A stretch of 64,000 nt of DNA from a virus (taxonomy: Duplodnaviria; Caudoviricetes), in the IMG/VR virus record IMGVR_UViG_3300011871_000002, positions 64,001-128,000 of that record; one strand, given 5' to 3'. Below are positions 28,383 to 39,147 of the stretch, one piece after another. The translations under genes were made by a program, and so were the position numbers. The notes under the pieces are model-generated. The model searched no databases. It was not told the origin of the DNA and was given only the letters and a program-made list of their open reading frames with translations. Numbering within the stretch: position 1 is the first letter of the stretch; each line of letters begins with the position of its first letter.

Positions 28383-29906
28383 TTGGGCGTTGGAATTTCA
28401 CTGGAAAATTTCGATAACCTGCACCGCAACCAAAGTCGTCGGATACGGGTCTACATCAATGATCTCGATAACTCCACCACAGGAGATCGCGAGCGCATTG
28501 AAAAGCTGCTGTGCACACGGTATGACTCCACGGACTTCTTGTCCAATATTCCGTCGTGTGGCTGTGGTAAAACCACGGGTAAATATGCGGAAGGACTGGT
28601 GGGTTTTGTGTGCCCGTTTTGTGGCACCCATGTGACGAACCAGTTGGAGCAGGATCTGGAACCCTTGGTGTGGATACGCGCACCAAAAGGCGTGGACGCA
28701 TTGCCCAATCCGAATTTCTGGATCATGGCAATCGAGCGGTTCAAGCTGAAAGGGTTTGACGTTATTAACTACCTGACGGATCGCACCTACAGGGCAACAG
28801 TTAAAACGCCGATGGAAATTGCACAAGTTGATGCATTGTTGGCGTCGCTCAAGGTCGAGCGCGGCTACAATAACTTCGTGCGCAACTTCGACGCCATCAT
28901 GGATGGTTTGTTGAAGATGAAGGTATTTAAGAAGGGTACCAAGAAGAAGGAAGTGTTCGATGGCTTCCCGATTCTTATCAAGGAACAGCGCGAGTGCTTG
29001 TTTGCGCAGTACCTGCCAGTACCTAACCGGGTACTCTTCGTGCTGGAGAACACGAACCTCGGTGAGTACGGTGACCTGACGATGAATGGTCTCATCGATG
29101 CAGTGAACATGATGACCAACATCGATTCGGACCTGAACATCGTGAAGCCGGCGAAGAAAGAAACGCTGGTGGTCAAGATGGCCAATAGCCTCTGTGCGTT
29201 TTACGACGAGATTTACCGCAATCGTATTTCGCCCAAGGAAGGCTGGTTCCGGAAGCATGTCTTCGGCAGTCGTTCACACTTTAGCTTCCGTGGTGTGATC
29301 GCGTCGCTGACGGACAAACACGACTACGACGAGATCCATGTGTCGTGGGGTATTGGTGTGTCGGTGCTGTCCCTGCACCTGACCAACAAGCTCCTGAAGA
29401 TGGGGTGGAACAATTACGAAATCAACAATCTCCTGTACGAGTACGCCCAGAAATGGCACCCGTTGCTGGACAAGTTGTTCAAGGAACTGATCGACGAAAG
29501 CCCCTACAAGGGTATCCCGGTCATCTTCCAGCGTAATCCATCACTGGAACGCGGCTCCGCGCAAGCCATGTTCATCACGCAGGTTAAGGGTTCGGCAGAA
29601 CGTCCACAGGACGCTGAAATCCCGACGGTGTCAATGAGTATTCTGTCGGTTACCGGCTTTAATGCCGACTTCGATGGCGACCAGCAAAATGGTACGTTGT
29701 CGATTGACCACATGACGACGGAACAACTCGAACGACTGGCACCGCACATGAGTGCTTGTGGTTTCGATGGCGTACGTACGCTGTCACGTAACCTGTCCAT
29801 TCCGAAGACAGTCGTGGCAACGATCGCCAACTGGCTCCACTATAAAGAAGAACCACTGACGGAAGAACAGCAACAAAAAATGGCGCTGATTCCGACACTG
29901 GACTAG
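28383..29906 (+). CDS. Non-virion RNA polymerase beta'-like subunit, N-terminal part (gp55-like)
   Basis: Catalytic NADFDGD, Zn site CGC...CPFC, RNPSL motif. Confidence 0.92.
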   Translation: MGVGISLENFDNLHRNQSRRIRVYINDLDNSTTGDRERIEKLLCTRYDSTDFLSNIPSCGCGKTTGKYAEGLVGFVCPFCGTHVTNQLEQDLEPLVWIRAPKGVDALPNPNFWIMAIERFKLKGFDVINYLTDRTYRATVKTPMEIAQVDALLASLKVERGYNNFVRNFDAIMDGLLKMKVFKKGTKKKEVFDGFPILIKEQRECLFAQYLPVPNRVLFVLENTNLGEYGDLTMNGLIDAVNMMTNIDSDLNIVKPAKKETLVVKMANSLCAFYDEIYRNRISPKEGWFRKHVFGSRSHFSFRGVIASLTDKHDYDEIHVSWGIGVSVLSLHLTNKLLKMGWNNYEINNLLYEYAQKWHPLLDKLFKELIDESPYKGIPVIFQRNPSLERGSAQAMFITQVKGSAERPQDAEIPTVSMSILSVTGFNADFDGDQQNGTLSIDHMTTEQLERLAPHMSACGFDGVRTLSRNLSIPKTVVATIANWLHYKEEPLTEEQQQKMALIPTLD

Positions 29907-29923
29907 CAAAGAGGAGGATTTAA

Positions 29924-30559
29924 ATGTCAAAGTATTCCGGAATGCTGGATGAGTTCGGTGTTCTGGCGTATGCACAGAAGAACCCCGCAACGATTCAGTT
30001 CATGCAGAATCGGTTCAATGAAACGATCACCAACATGGGCCACATGCTCACGGACTATGGTCGATCGTTCATGGAAACGAGTAAGAAGGCATTCGATTAC
30101 GTGGTCGGTTCCGAAGCAATGCGCTTTAGTAGTGGCGTGCTGCGCAAGATGAAGGGACTGTTCGAGCGTAACGAATTCCGTGATCTGGAAACGGTGGCTG
30201 ACATTCAGCAATCGCCCCAGGTCATGCATCGCTGGCTCATGGCGGTACCTGAACTGCGTACCATGTATCTGGATCAACGGGTGTGCGGCTTCGAAGAAAC
30301 GTACGTAAATACCGAGGGCAATGCGGTGGGCGCCGATCAACGCGACTACCGACTCATTAACCACGGCCTCGTGCACGACGACGAAGAACACGGCTGGCGT
30401 CAAAGCTATTACTGCGATGGCATGGAGGAGGTGACGGCGGTGGATCGCGTCCACCCTGACATGAAGTTCACCATCCAGTCGGCTGCGGCGCTGATTCGGC
30501 ATGCGCTCGAACAACCTAACGGTGACGACCCTTCGTCGCCGCTGGGTGATAAACTGTAA
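29924..30559 (+). CDS. Conserved chimallivirus core-block protein
   Basis: 211 aa; GGAGGA RBS; position in the core block. Confidence 0.6.
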   Translation: MSKYSGMLDEFGVLAYAQKNPATIQFMQNRFNETITNMGHMLTDYGRSFMETSKKAFDYVVGSEAMRFSSGVLRKMKGLFERNEFRDLETVADIQQSPQVMHRWLMAVPELRTMYLDQRVCGFEETYVNTEGNAVGADQRDYRLINHGLVHDDEEHGWRQSYYCDGMEEVTAVDRVHPDMKFTIQSAAALIRHALEQPNGDDPSSPLGDKL

Positions 30560-30670
30560 GGGAACCCGAAGAAGCCCCTATTTACCGAAAAACGGTAGAT
30601 AGGGGTTTTTTTTTTTCCTCGATTCTATGAGTCGTTTTCGTTGTTTTCCCTTACTCTTACAGGTGCCTTC

Positions 30671-31087
30671 ATGCCAAAAAATGATGTAGCCACGCTCTCG
30701 CCAGCGGGCTTTCTTTCCACGCCCGCTGAAAAAGCCGACGCCTTGATGGCGCATGCGGCCGCAGCCGACAAAAGCCAAACCCGGCTTTTCGGTAGTCAAG
30801 TCATGAGCCTAGCGTGGTTATTTGAACGCCACAGCGCCGACCTGATGGATTTGACGCAAGCGATCCGACAGGGTTATTCGACCTTGTTTTCCCGGCACTT
30901 TGACGATGTGGATGTCGAGGTGTACATGCAACCGACCCGCGAAAACAATGACAACATCTTGACCTTGCGCTTGTCGATCCGGTTTAGCCAAGACGGTAAG
31001 CGTTATAGCGTTGCCCAAGAACTCTACGGTCTCAACGGTAAATTCCACGGCACGCAAAAAGTCAAAGAACAAGGCCTCACCTCTTAA
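30671..31087 (+). CDS. Conserved hypothetical protein
   Basis: AGGT RBS before ATG 30671. Confidence 0.6.
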   Translation: MPKNDVATLSPAGFLSTPAEKADALMAHAAAADKSQTRLFGSQVMSLAWLFERHSADLMDLTQAIRQGYSTLFSRHFDDVDVEVYMQPTRENNDNILTLRLSIRFSQDGKRYSVAQELYGLNGKFHGTQKVKEQGLTS

Positions 31088-31111
31088 TGAACTAGAAGAA
31101 AGGATACACGA

Positions 31112-31711
31112 ATGAATCAGCAAGAACAGTTGCGCGATCCGGCGGATGAATTGCGCGAAGAAATGCTCGCGCAATCCTCCGAGCAAATTCACGCCATTGC
31201 CAATAGCTTGGCCAATACCCGCCCCAAGGAACAAGAAAAGACCCGGCTTTACGAACCCATCTTCCGTGATGTGTTCTTGCCGATGTTCCTGAACCAACCC
31301 AATGCGCGTTACCCAGACATCACCGGCGGCAACTGGGTGACCGTGGCCGGTTCGCCGTACATGGAAGTCGACGTCATCGACCAAGCAGGCAAGGTGCTCT
31401 TTACGGTACCACCTTTCATGGAAAATGGCATGGTGCAACCGGTGACGGGCCAGGCCGATACCGACATGAGCTTCGTGGTCAAGCAGGCCCAGCTCTACGA
31501 AAACACCCTGCCCATGGTGGCTGAACGCTACCTGAGCGAAGAATTAACTAAGAGGCTAGACACTATGAAGGGCAATGTCGACACCTCCAAGATGGCCGAA
31601 GCGTGGTTCAAAATCCTCGCACACTACAACATCAAGGTCCAGTCGACGGCGCCGGGCAAGACTCCCGAATCCACTGACCCGACCGACGATTATGAAGAAA
31701 TCGCACCCTGA
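31112..31711 (+). CDS. Conserved hypothetical protein
   Basis: 199 aa; AAGGA RBS. Confidence 0.65.
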   Translation: MNQQEQLRDPADELREEMLAQSSEQIHAIANSLANTRPKEQEKTRLYEPIFRDVFLPMFLNQPNARYPDITGGNWVTVAGSPYMEVDVIDQAGKVLFTVPPFMENGMVQPVTGQADTDMSFVVKQAQLYENTLPMVAERYLSEELTKRLDTMKGNVDTSKMAEAWFKILAHYNIKVQSTAPGKTPESTDPTDDYEEIAP

Positions 31712-32819
31712 GCTTTACATCGTGAATATTGGCGATGTGCACCTGCTGCATCGCCAAACATCCACCGAGCATATCCTCAGTAATCTAAACCAAGTCTTGG
31801 CCGATCCCGTGGAAACTGCCAAGATCGATATGCTGTGTTTTACCGGAGACATCTTCGATACCCGAGGAAGTTTGTCTGACCCCGCTGTTCCCCGCATCAA
31901 TGAATGGATCGCCAACACCTTGAAGAAGGCGAAACAACATGACATCGTGGTGCGCGTGCTCAAGGGCACGCCACTACATGACTGGGAGCAATCCCAGTTG
32001 TGGGAGAGCATCAATGCAATCGCTGATATTGGCGCTGATCTTAGATACGTGAAAACAGTTTCTGTCGAGTACATAGAGCGATTGGGGATCTCCATGCTCT
32101 ATGTACCCGACGAGGCTAATTCGTCAACTCAAAAAACCCTCAGCCAAGTCCGCGAATTACTGCATGCCAAGGGGATGGATCAAGTTGACTTTGCCATGAT
32201 GCACGGGCAATTTGATTACCAGATTGATGCGCTTTTGGATGCGCATAAAACGCATGATTCGGATGCCTATTTGGCACTCGTGCGTGAATTTATCATGGTG
32301 GGCCATGTGCACACCTATAACCGCCGCGGTCGCATCATCCCGCCCGGTTCGTTTGACCGGCTCAAGCACGGTGAAGAAGAAGCCAAAGGCCATGTGCGAA
32401 TTCTCACCAAGAAAGACGGCGAACATGAGGTAAGGTTCATTGAGAACAAAGGTGCCAAGCGCTACGTCACTGTGCCGTGTAAAGGATTGGACTTAACGGA
32501 AACGTTGGCGCAGGTAGATAAGTACATCAAGGACTTGCCAATCGATTCCTATGTACGCATCGAAGCAGATACAGGCAACCCAGTCTTGACCAATATGCAG
32601 CAAGTCGTACTTAAGTACCCTGAGTACAACTGGTCCAAGATTTCCCGCAAAGAAAAGAAAGTACAGGAAGAAGAAGCCGCAGCACTGGAGAAAACCTTCC
32701 AGCACGTGGCACTCACGAAAGACAACCTCGGCGACATGTGGCTGGCACGGGTAGCAAAAGCCAATCCTAAACCTGAAGTGCTGGCTGCGGCGCGCCAATT
32801 GATCGGGGAGGTATTGTAG
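31692..32819 (+). CDS. SbcD/Mre11-like metallophosphoesterase nuclease
   Basis: GDVH, TGDIFD, KGTPLHD, MHG and GHVH motifs. Confidence 0.85.
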   Translation: MKKSHPELYIVNIGDVHLLHRQTSTEHILSNLNQVLADPVETAKIDMLCFTGDIFDTRGSLSDPAVPRINEWIANTLKKAKQHDIVVRVLKGTPLHDWEQSQLWESINAIADIGADLRYVKTVSVEYIERLGISMLYVPDEANSSTQKTLSQVRELLHAKGMDQVDFAMMHGQFDYQIDALLDAHKTHDSDAYLALVREFIMVGHVHTYNRRGRIIPPGSFDRLKHGEEEAKGHVRILTKKDGEHEVRFIENKGAKRYVTVPCKGLDLTETLAQVDKYIKDLPIDSYVRIEADTGNPVLTNMQQVVLKYPEYNWSKISRKEKKVQEEEAAALEKTFQHVALTKDNLGDMWLARVAKANPKPEVLAAARQLIGEVL

Positions 32820-33659
32820 ATGTCTCTAGCAAATTACCCAGGCCGTACTACAGGGCAGTTTCCGATCTCGGTGGCCACCAGCTTGGCCATTGAAGCCGCG
32901 CTGGGGATGTATCCGGATCGTCCAGTGGACCCACCGCCGATTTTGGACTACGAAGAGTTGTGGATCAACTTGCGCACCTTGTTCCGTAACATCTACGGCG
33001 CGTTTGATAAAGGAGTACCAGAAACTGTTTCAGTAGAAGCGTATGCAGAAGCGCTGGACAGTGAGATGGAGCAGATTTACGAGATCATCACGGGCCGAAC
33101 CAATGGCTTGACCCGCGTGATTTACTATGTTAGCGATTATGCTGACATGGACAAGAAGTACCCCTACGCGGTGATTCGCCGCGATAGTACCGCTAAACAG
33201 AAAATGTTTACGGCCATCATGAAAGACAGTATCGGCATGGTCCTCAAGAAACATCCCAAGGGCAATATCCGTACAGTCCGGTTAAAGCTCAAGCCTGAGC
33301 ATAAAACCAAAGCGATGATCATCACCCACATCGCGTTTGATTTAGTGGCCTACCAAGAATTCAAGGAATTGGTCTTGCTGGAAAGCCACACAGGTGCCAT
33401 TAAGCGACGTGAACAATGGCATACCAAGTATTACGATGGGAAGAATCTGGCGATGATTCCCTTCCGCGAAGACTTCTTGCAAGTTTTCGGTGACAACGAA
33501 TTCTTCCGCCCCACTGACATCAAACTCCGTAAAGAGATTTTGGAAGTGGCGGTAAAGAATCGCTGGTCAGCCATCACGACTCGTGAAAAGATCCGTTTCG
33601 GGATCGAACAACTGACCAATCCTTACGCCAAGGAAATCCTGAGAAACATTCTCGTTTAA
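32820..33659 (+). CDS. Conserved core protein, possibly PIN/5'-nuclease-like fold
   Basis: 279 aa coupled to the nuclease gene; fold guessed from LWINLRTLFRN and THIAFDL patterns. Confidence 0.5.
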   Translation: MSLANYPGRTTGQFPISVATSLAIEAALGMYPDRPVDPPPILDYEELWINLRTLFRNIYGAFDKGVPETVSVEAYAEALDSEMEQIYEIITGRTNGLTRVIYYVSDYADMDKKYPYAVIRRDSTAKQKMFTAIMKDSIGMVLKKHPKGNIRTVRLKLKPEHKTKAMIITHIAFDLVAYQEFKELVLLESHTGAIKRREQWHTKYYDGKNLAMIPFREDFLQVFGDNEFFRPTDIKLRKEILEVAVKNRWSAITTREKIRFGIEQLTNPYAKEILRNILV

Positions 33660-33754
33660 CCATGATCCGGTTAAAGGGTGAAATTTTACTTATGATATTC
33701 ATCATGTAGACATCACCCACACGCCGAAACCACAACAACAGAAGGAGGGCCACG

Positions 33755-34531
33755 ATGGCCGATTTTAACAACCGACCCAAGGCGCCGAAGACGCTGCTGG
33801 ACGACCCATTCCTGCGTCTGACGACCGATTGCCCCACGCCTGCCGGCCAGGGTCGCAAGTCGAAGCTGGCGGTGGTGCTGAAGAAGTACAACCCGCAAAG
33901 CCTGCGCAACCCGCACATGGTGGTCTACACTGGCGATCCCACCGAAAACGACCAGAGCACGGACTACGGCAAGATCACCGCCAAGTTCGACTACGGTAAC
34001 TGGGGCACTGCGATGGAAACCATCGCCGACGCCGTGAACTGGGAACCAGGCGAGCGTGAGATGATCGTCTGCAAAGATACCGTGTTCACCGGCGGCGGTC
34101 AACGTTCGAAAGATCCGCTCCCGCAAGCAACCCTCATCGTCGGCAAGGACAAGGACGGCGTGGTGTGCCTGTCGATCAAGCACTTCAAGGAAAACCGTCC
34201 GGTCATCGTCTTCAAGATGCTGCCACCGCCGAACTTCCACGAATTCAAGAAGGCCGACGGCACGCCGCTGCCGCTGGCTGAACTGTCGAAGCGTTTCGTG
34301 CGTTCCTACGTGCGCCGCATGGAAGGCGTGGTCAAGCATCTGATGGTCACCACCTACGAAGAACCGGCCCCGTACGATCCGAACAACCGTGGCGGTGGTG
34401 GCGGTAACAACTACGGTAACCGTGGCGGCAATGGCGGCGGAGGTAATAACTACCGCAGCAATAACGACGGCGGTAACGGCGGCGGTAGCAGCAACGGCGG
34501 CGACGAATGGGCGAGTGATATCCCGTTCTAA
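33755..34531 (+). CDS. chmC: ChmC-like (phiKZ gp67-like) nucleic-acid-binding protein
   Basis: 258 aa; Gly/Asn-rich low-complexity tail ending SDIPF; directly upstream of the sigma-like subunit. Confidence 0.6.
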   Translation: MADFNNRPKAPKTLLDDPFLRLTTDCPTPAGQGRKSKLAVVLKKYNPQSLRNPHMVVYTGDPTENDQSTDYGKITAKFDYGNWGTAMETIADAVNWEPGEREMIVCKDTVFTGGGQRSKDPLPQATLIVGKDKDGVVCLSIKHFKENRPVIVFKMLPPPNFHEFKKADGTPLPLAELSKRFVRSYVRRMEGVVKHLMVTTYEEPAPYDPNNRGGGGGNNYGNRGGNGGGGNNYRSNNDGGNGGGSSNGGDEWASDIPF

Positions 34532-34604
34532 CAGGGTAGTAAAGTAGCATGAGGCTGGGTGGGATTCCACCCAGCTCTTTTGCCTTGTGGTGTGTGCTTA
34601 CACT

Positions 34605-34635
34605 AAAAATTCTTAGTCACATATCACGTACATGA
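34605..34635 (+). promoter_or_regulatory. Phage early promoter
   Basis: AAAAATTCTTAGT-CACATATCAC-N5-TGA. Confidence 0.75.
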
Positions 34636-34666
34636 GCTGGTAAACAGAGTCTTTAGGGAGAGACCA

Positions 34667-36226
34667 TTGAAGATCATCGTCAAGAAGAAGATAGTGGCAG
34701 AAGACAGCGCCATCGTCTCCATTGTACACAACAATGAAGAATTGGACTGGGTGGTGGATTTCTTGGAAATCGCGACCAAGTCCAAGAAGGAGAAGTCCGT
34801 CTTCGACGCCGAGATCGATCCGTACGACCTCATCAATCGTTACTGGGATTCGCTGCCGCGCACCCGACAGGATCAAATCTTTGGCGTGTATCGCGACATT
34901 CGCGATGTGTTCTCGTCGTGCTTCGATTACACGGAAATGACGAAGTCGCTCTTTCCACTGGTGGCGCGACTCATCGAGTTGCACAGTATCGATGAGCTGA
35001 AGAACTGGTCGGACTACCGAAGCGGTGCGCGGATTCCGACCAACGACCCGAAGTTGCTCGTGTCTTACGACATGGTCAACGTCAGCAAGAAACCGCCAGA
35101 AGGCACTTACCGCCTAGAAGACTACAAGTGGTTGATTGCCATCTCGATTCTGGTGCGCTCCATGGTTCCGGTCTGGGGGCTCTACATCGAGCGGGTCAAG
35201 AAAGTGGTGGGCACCAACTTCAAGGAGTACAAGGCGTATCAGCTTCTGAGCCAGTCGGAACTGTTCGAGCACGCGGCCATGCAAAAGCTGCGTGACTACG
35301 TGCGGTTCAATACCAAGCCCGATCAGGTCAAGGTATCGGCGATGCGCAAGGGCTTGTCCACACAAGAGTATTCGGAATGGATGCTCGGGGTGGTGGTGGT
35401 CCGTAAGCTGGGCTGCCTGGACTTGATGGGTGGCGAGTCGAACAACTCGTCGGTCAATGTGCTGTACAATTACATTGGCCACAAACTCAAAAATAGCGAC
35501 AACAGTTTCGGTGGCGCTATTAATGAGAAAAAGTTCGAAGGCCTGAATGGGGAAGGAGAAAACAATCTCTCGACCCTCGAAGGCTACCGGACGCCGCAGG
35601 AGATTTCCCAAGGTAGCATCCTCGCATTCCAAGTGTATGCAGAGAATGTGGTAGCCATGGCGCAGCAAATCTGCCCTGGTATTCCCGCTGCCATGGTGAA
35701 CCGCTCGGTGGGGCACGTGCGCCTACTGCATGGCGTCATTCCAACCAACGAGCAATTGATCCTCATGCAGTTGACGGTCAAGAAAGTGTTGTCGCCGCAG
35801 TCGCTCAAACTGCTGAACCACGAAACCATTATGGGAGTGATGGGGGTGGTGCAGGCAGTGCTGTGGCACAAAGGGTATCCCGATCTGGCTGCTGCGGCAT
35901 CGGCCAAACGGGTGGAGGCGGACAGCATCGGCGGGAGTGACCACCGTTCACGGATTTTGCCTAACCAGCTGGAAGAGTTGAAACAGCTCTACCCGTATGT
36001 CAGGCGTGTGACTGCCAAATCCAAAACCGAGCAGGAAAATGTCGCACAGAAAGAAATCGAAACCATCGAGAAGGAGTTGAGCAAGAAAAGTTGGGCACTG
36101 ACGCTACCTAAGGAATGGGTGGCCGAACTCAACAAGAGTGAAAACAACAGAAGGTACTTTGTACCAAGTAATTTCAGGATCATTCTGGCACAATTTGTCA
36201 TTGCAGTAGCGAAAGGGGAATTTTAA
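34667..36226 (+). CDS. Non-virion RNAP sigma-like subunit (phiKZ gp68-like)
   Basis: 519 aa helical protein; size and position match gp68. Confidence 0.7.
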   Translation: MKIIVKKKIVAEDSAIVSIVHNNEELDWVVDFLEIATKSKKEKSVFDAEIDPYDLINRYWDSLPRTRQDQIFGVYRDIRDVFSSCFDYTEMTKSLFPLVARLIELHSIDELKNWSDYRSGARIPTNDPKLLVSYDMVNVSKKPPEGTYRLEDYKWLIAISILVRSMVPVWGLYIERVKKVVGTNFKEYKAYQLLSQSELFEHAAMQKLRDYVRFNTKPDQVKVSAMRKGLSTQEYSEWMLGVVVVRKLGCLDLMGGESNNSSVNVLYNYIGHKLKNSDNSFGGAINEKKFEGLNGEGENNLSTLEGYRTPQEISQGSILAFQVYAENVVAMAQQICPGIPAAMVNRSVGHVRLLHGVIPTNEQLILMQLTVKKVLSPQSLKLLNHETIMGVMGVVQAVLWHKGYPDLAAAASAKRVEADSIGGSDHRSRILPNQLEELKQLYPYVRRVTAKSKTEQENVAQKEIETIEKELSKKSWALTLPKEWVAELNKSENNRRYFVPSNFRIILAQFVIAVAKGEF

Positions 36227-37711
36227 ATGTTCAACAACAATCAAGAAAGAATCATCGTCACCAGTTTCTTGGTGCAGGAGTCGGCTACGTACCAGCCGCA
36301 ATACCGGCGTGAATGGCGCGCCAACGTGGATGCCGATATCCAAGGCATGCTGATCAACCGCTTCAAGAACCTCAAAGGCAGTACCGCTACCGGTGCCCTG
36401 GCTTCGGGTGTTGCTGAAGTGTTCCTGATGCCGGCCAACCAGCCGGGCAAGGAAATCGCGATCAACGGCAACTGGCAGCATCCGGTGTACCGCGCCCTGT
36501 TGACCGTGGAAGTGCATTCGGCAACCGGCCACGTGGTGCGCTTCGTGGTCACGGCATTTAGCGACCCAGTCGAACGAACGCTGGGTGGTTCGATCAATAA
36601 CCGCATGCCGTTCTACATCACCAACATCGTGCAGCTGCGCCAGTTCGTCGATCGCACCAGCGGCATGGCGGTTCCTGTCACGGCGCTCGGTAGTGCCAAT
36701 CAAATTCTGGCCGACAACCGCTTCGGTGGTTACAGCAGCAAGTACGATTTCCGCATGCGTCCGATGGACGTGTTCAGCTACATCAGTCAACAAGCGATGG
36801 ATCTGGACACTCCCCAGACCGACATTTACGACGAGCGCACCGTGCTGTCGCAAACGCCGATCAAGTCGGAAGTGCGTAACGCCCTGCCGAATGCATTCGT
36901 CGGCAAGGTGCTCTCGGCGTACAAGCAAGCGCATGATAGCTCGGGTGAAATCGGTGGCACCGACATGGATCAGCTCTCCGAAGCGCAGGGCTTGATCATG
37001 GAAGCAGAAAGCGCGCAAGACATTTTCCTGCGTGCGCTGCGCGGCATTCGCCGCCATGGCCTGAGCGACACGGTCAGCAACTACTTCACGCTCGAAGAGC
37101 TGGTGGCGCTGTCGCCCACCGAGTGCGTGGTGCGTCCGAAAGTGATTCCGATCACGCCACAGGTGCAGAAGATGCGCGCAGACGGTCCCGGCGAAACCTG
37201 GGGCAAGACGCACGAACTGCAACGCATGGCTTCTTTCATCAAGGACACGATTCCGGCCCTGATGATGGAAAACATGATCATGCGCGCCCACATCAAGTGC
37301 AGCAACCGCACCTTCGTGGATGGCCGCATGACGGCGCAACTGCTCGACTGGGGTACTTTCTCGGACGTGGACGTTTCGGGCCAGATCGTGCAGCTGGAAA
37401 ACCGCATCGTGCGGGAAGTGCTGTTGCCGCTCTCGGAACAAAACACGCGCGGCCTGGAAATCGACATGCTGATGTTCGTCGATAGCGACAGCCGTTTCGA
37501 GATCTCCCTCGATGGTGCACCGAAAGTCGAGTTCGTCTCGCCGACCTTCGCCGGTTCGCTGCTCACGCCGGTACTGACCGACAACCCGCAAGCGGCATTT
37601 ACCATGGCTGGTGCATTCAAGGACCTGGGTGACATGCTGACCGATGCGGCCACGCAGTTGCCAGCGCTCAAGAATGCCTTCTTCCAGATCGGCACGAAGC
37701 GCGCCTTCTAA
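36227..37711 (+). CDS. picA: Nuclear import factor PicA/Imp1-like (phiKZ gp69-like)
   Basis: 494 aa, directly after the gp68-like gene; assigned by synteny. Confidence 0.6.
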   Translation: MFNNNQERIIVTSFLVQESATYQPQYRREWRANVDADIQGMLINRFKNLKGSTATGALASGVAEVFLMPANQPGKEIAINGNWQHPVYRALLTVEVHSATGHVVRFVVTAFSDPVERTLGGSINNRMPFYITNIVQLRQFVDRTSGMAVPVTALGSANQILADNRFGGYSSKYDFRMRPMDVFSYISQQAMDLDTPQTDIYDERTVLSQTPIKSEVRNALPNAFVGKVLSAYKQAHDSSGEIGGTDMDQLSEAQGLIMEAESAQDIFLRALRGIRRHGLSDTVSNYFTLEELVALSPTECVVRPKVIPITPQVQKMRADGPGETWGKTHELQRMASFIKDTIPALMMENMIMRAHIKCSNRTFVDGRMTAQLLDWGTFSDVDVSGQIVQLENRIVREVLLPLSEQNTRGLEIDMLMFVDSDSRFEISLDGAPKVEFVSPTFAGSLLTPVLTDNPQAAFTMAGAFKDLGDMLTDAATQLPALKNAFFQIGTKRAF

Positions 37712-37756
37712 ACCAACAAGAAACGCCCCCGCACATGGGGGCAGAAAGGAAACACC

Positions 37757-39085
37757 ATGAAGTTGCTGAAATGGTATCAAGAACTGATGAAGGCGCTCGG
37801 TCTGGTGTACGACCAAGACGGTTTCGTCTCGCGCCTGGAAGACGGCAAGCCGGAACCGCTGACGATCAAGGACCAGCGCCTCGTGCTGCCCTACGATGTC
37901 CAGCTGGAAAACCCGAACTGGGAAGGGCGCATCGCCTTCAACCCGCTGTACGAATCGCTGGCTCGCAAAGAGTCGCCGGTCCACGAAGCGATCCGCACCC
38001 AGCTCAACCTGCGCCTGAACACGATCTTCGGCATGATGAATGCGCGACTGGTGAAGATCTCGGGCGACACCGGCATGCATGCTACGCTCACCGCTGACCA
38101 GACCGAGTATCTCGACTACGTCAAGAAGGTCGACAAGCACACGTTCGACAACTACATCAAGCTGATCGATGCGTTTCCTGGTGACCGGGCGTTCGTCAAC
38201 ATCTACAGCCGGCCAGGTGGCATGGTCAAGGGCGAGAAGTTTTCCCGCGCTGCGATCGTCAGCTTCCCGATTTACGAAGCACTGGCCAGCGCCGAGGACG
38301 GTACCATCAAGACGCCGACCAAGAACGTGCGCCTGCGTCCGAAGGACATCGACACCTTCATGCGCATCCTGGAATACGTGATCCCGAACATCAAGGAAAA
38401 GCACCACTACGATGTCGGTAGCGTGTCCAACATGGCACCCACGCTGGAGTCGCTCCTCGCGGCGGCAGCACCAATCTTCCGCTGCCTGAACGACCAGCTC
38501 GACCTGTTCCACGACCGCATCGCGGAAGCGGACGAGCTGAAAACCGAGCTGGCCTGGGTGGACGAACTCGATCGCATCGGCCAGCTCTACACCGAGGCTA
38601 AGCGTCTGGGGATGATGAATGGCAATGAAGGACTGCCTTCCAGCATCAACACGCCGACCTCCAGTGCGGCGCCAGTCGCAGCAGCACCAGCGGCGCCGGC
38701 TCCGACCAAACAGGTCACCATGATCAACCCGATCACGGGTGAACCGGTCAAGGTGGCCGAACCGGCAGCACCTGCCAGTACGTTCACGGCGCCGAACGCC
38801 GCGCCGGCTCCAGCACAAACCAGCTGGGCACAGCCGACGATGTTCACGGGTACTGCACAGCCGTTCCGTGCAGCGCCTTCGACGGTTACTGCCAACGGCA
38901 AGGCCGACATGAACGCCATTCTGGCGAGCAACCCGGCACTGGCGGCGCAGTTCGGCGCACCGGCCCAGAGCTTCCATGGGCATGCCGGCGTGAGCCAGCA
39001 AGAGCGCGTACCTGGCTGGGCTACGGGTGGCGGGATGTCGTCTGGATTCACCTCCGGCTTCAGCACGCCGCGCCGGAACTTCTAA
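37757..39085 (+). CDS. Conserved core protein (phiKZ gp70-like) with Ala/Pro-rich tail
   Basis: 442 aa; synteny. Confidence 0.6.
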   Translation: MKLLKWYQELMKALGLVYDQDGFVSRLEDGKPEPLTIKDQRLVLPYDVQLENPNWEGRIAFNPLYESLARKESPVHEAIRTQLNLRLNTIFGMMNARLVKISGDTGMHATLTADQTEYLDYVKKVDKHTFDNYIKLIDAFPGDRAFVNIYSRPGGMVKGEKFSRAAIVSFPIYEALASAEDGTIKTPTKNVRLRPKDIDTFMRILEYVIPNIKEKHHYDVGSVSNMAPTLESLLAAAAPIFRCLNDQLDLFHDRIAEADELKTELAWVDELDRIGQLYTEAKRLGMMNGNEGLPSSINTPTSSAAPVAAAPAAPAPTKQVTMINPITGEPVKVAEPAAPASTFTAPNAAPAPAQTSWAQPTMFTGTAQPFRAAPSTVTANGKADMNAILASNPALAAQFGAPAQSFHGHAGVSQQERVPGWATGGGMSSGFTSGFSTPRRNF

Positions 39086-39088
39086 AGG

Positions 39089-39130
39089 CGGCATAAAAAG
39101 ACCGATCCCAAAAAGGATCGGTCTTTTTTC
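39089..39130. terminator. Terminator with CGGCATAAA
   Basis: AAAAAGACCGATCC/GGATCGGTCTTTTT stem. Confidence 0.85.
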
Positions 39131-39147
39131 TTTGTACTGAACACCCT

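Noticed and set aside
36104-39094. 996-aa antisense ORF
   Set aside because: Mirrors two sense-strand core genes; no recognisable domain
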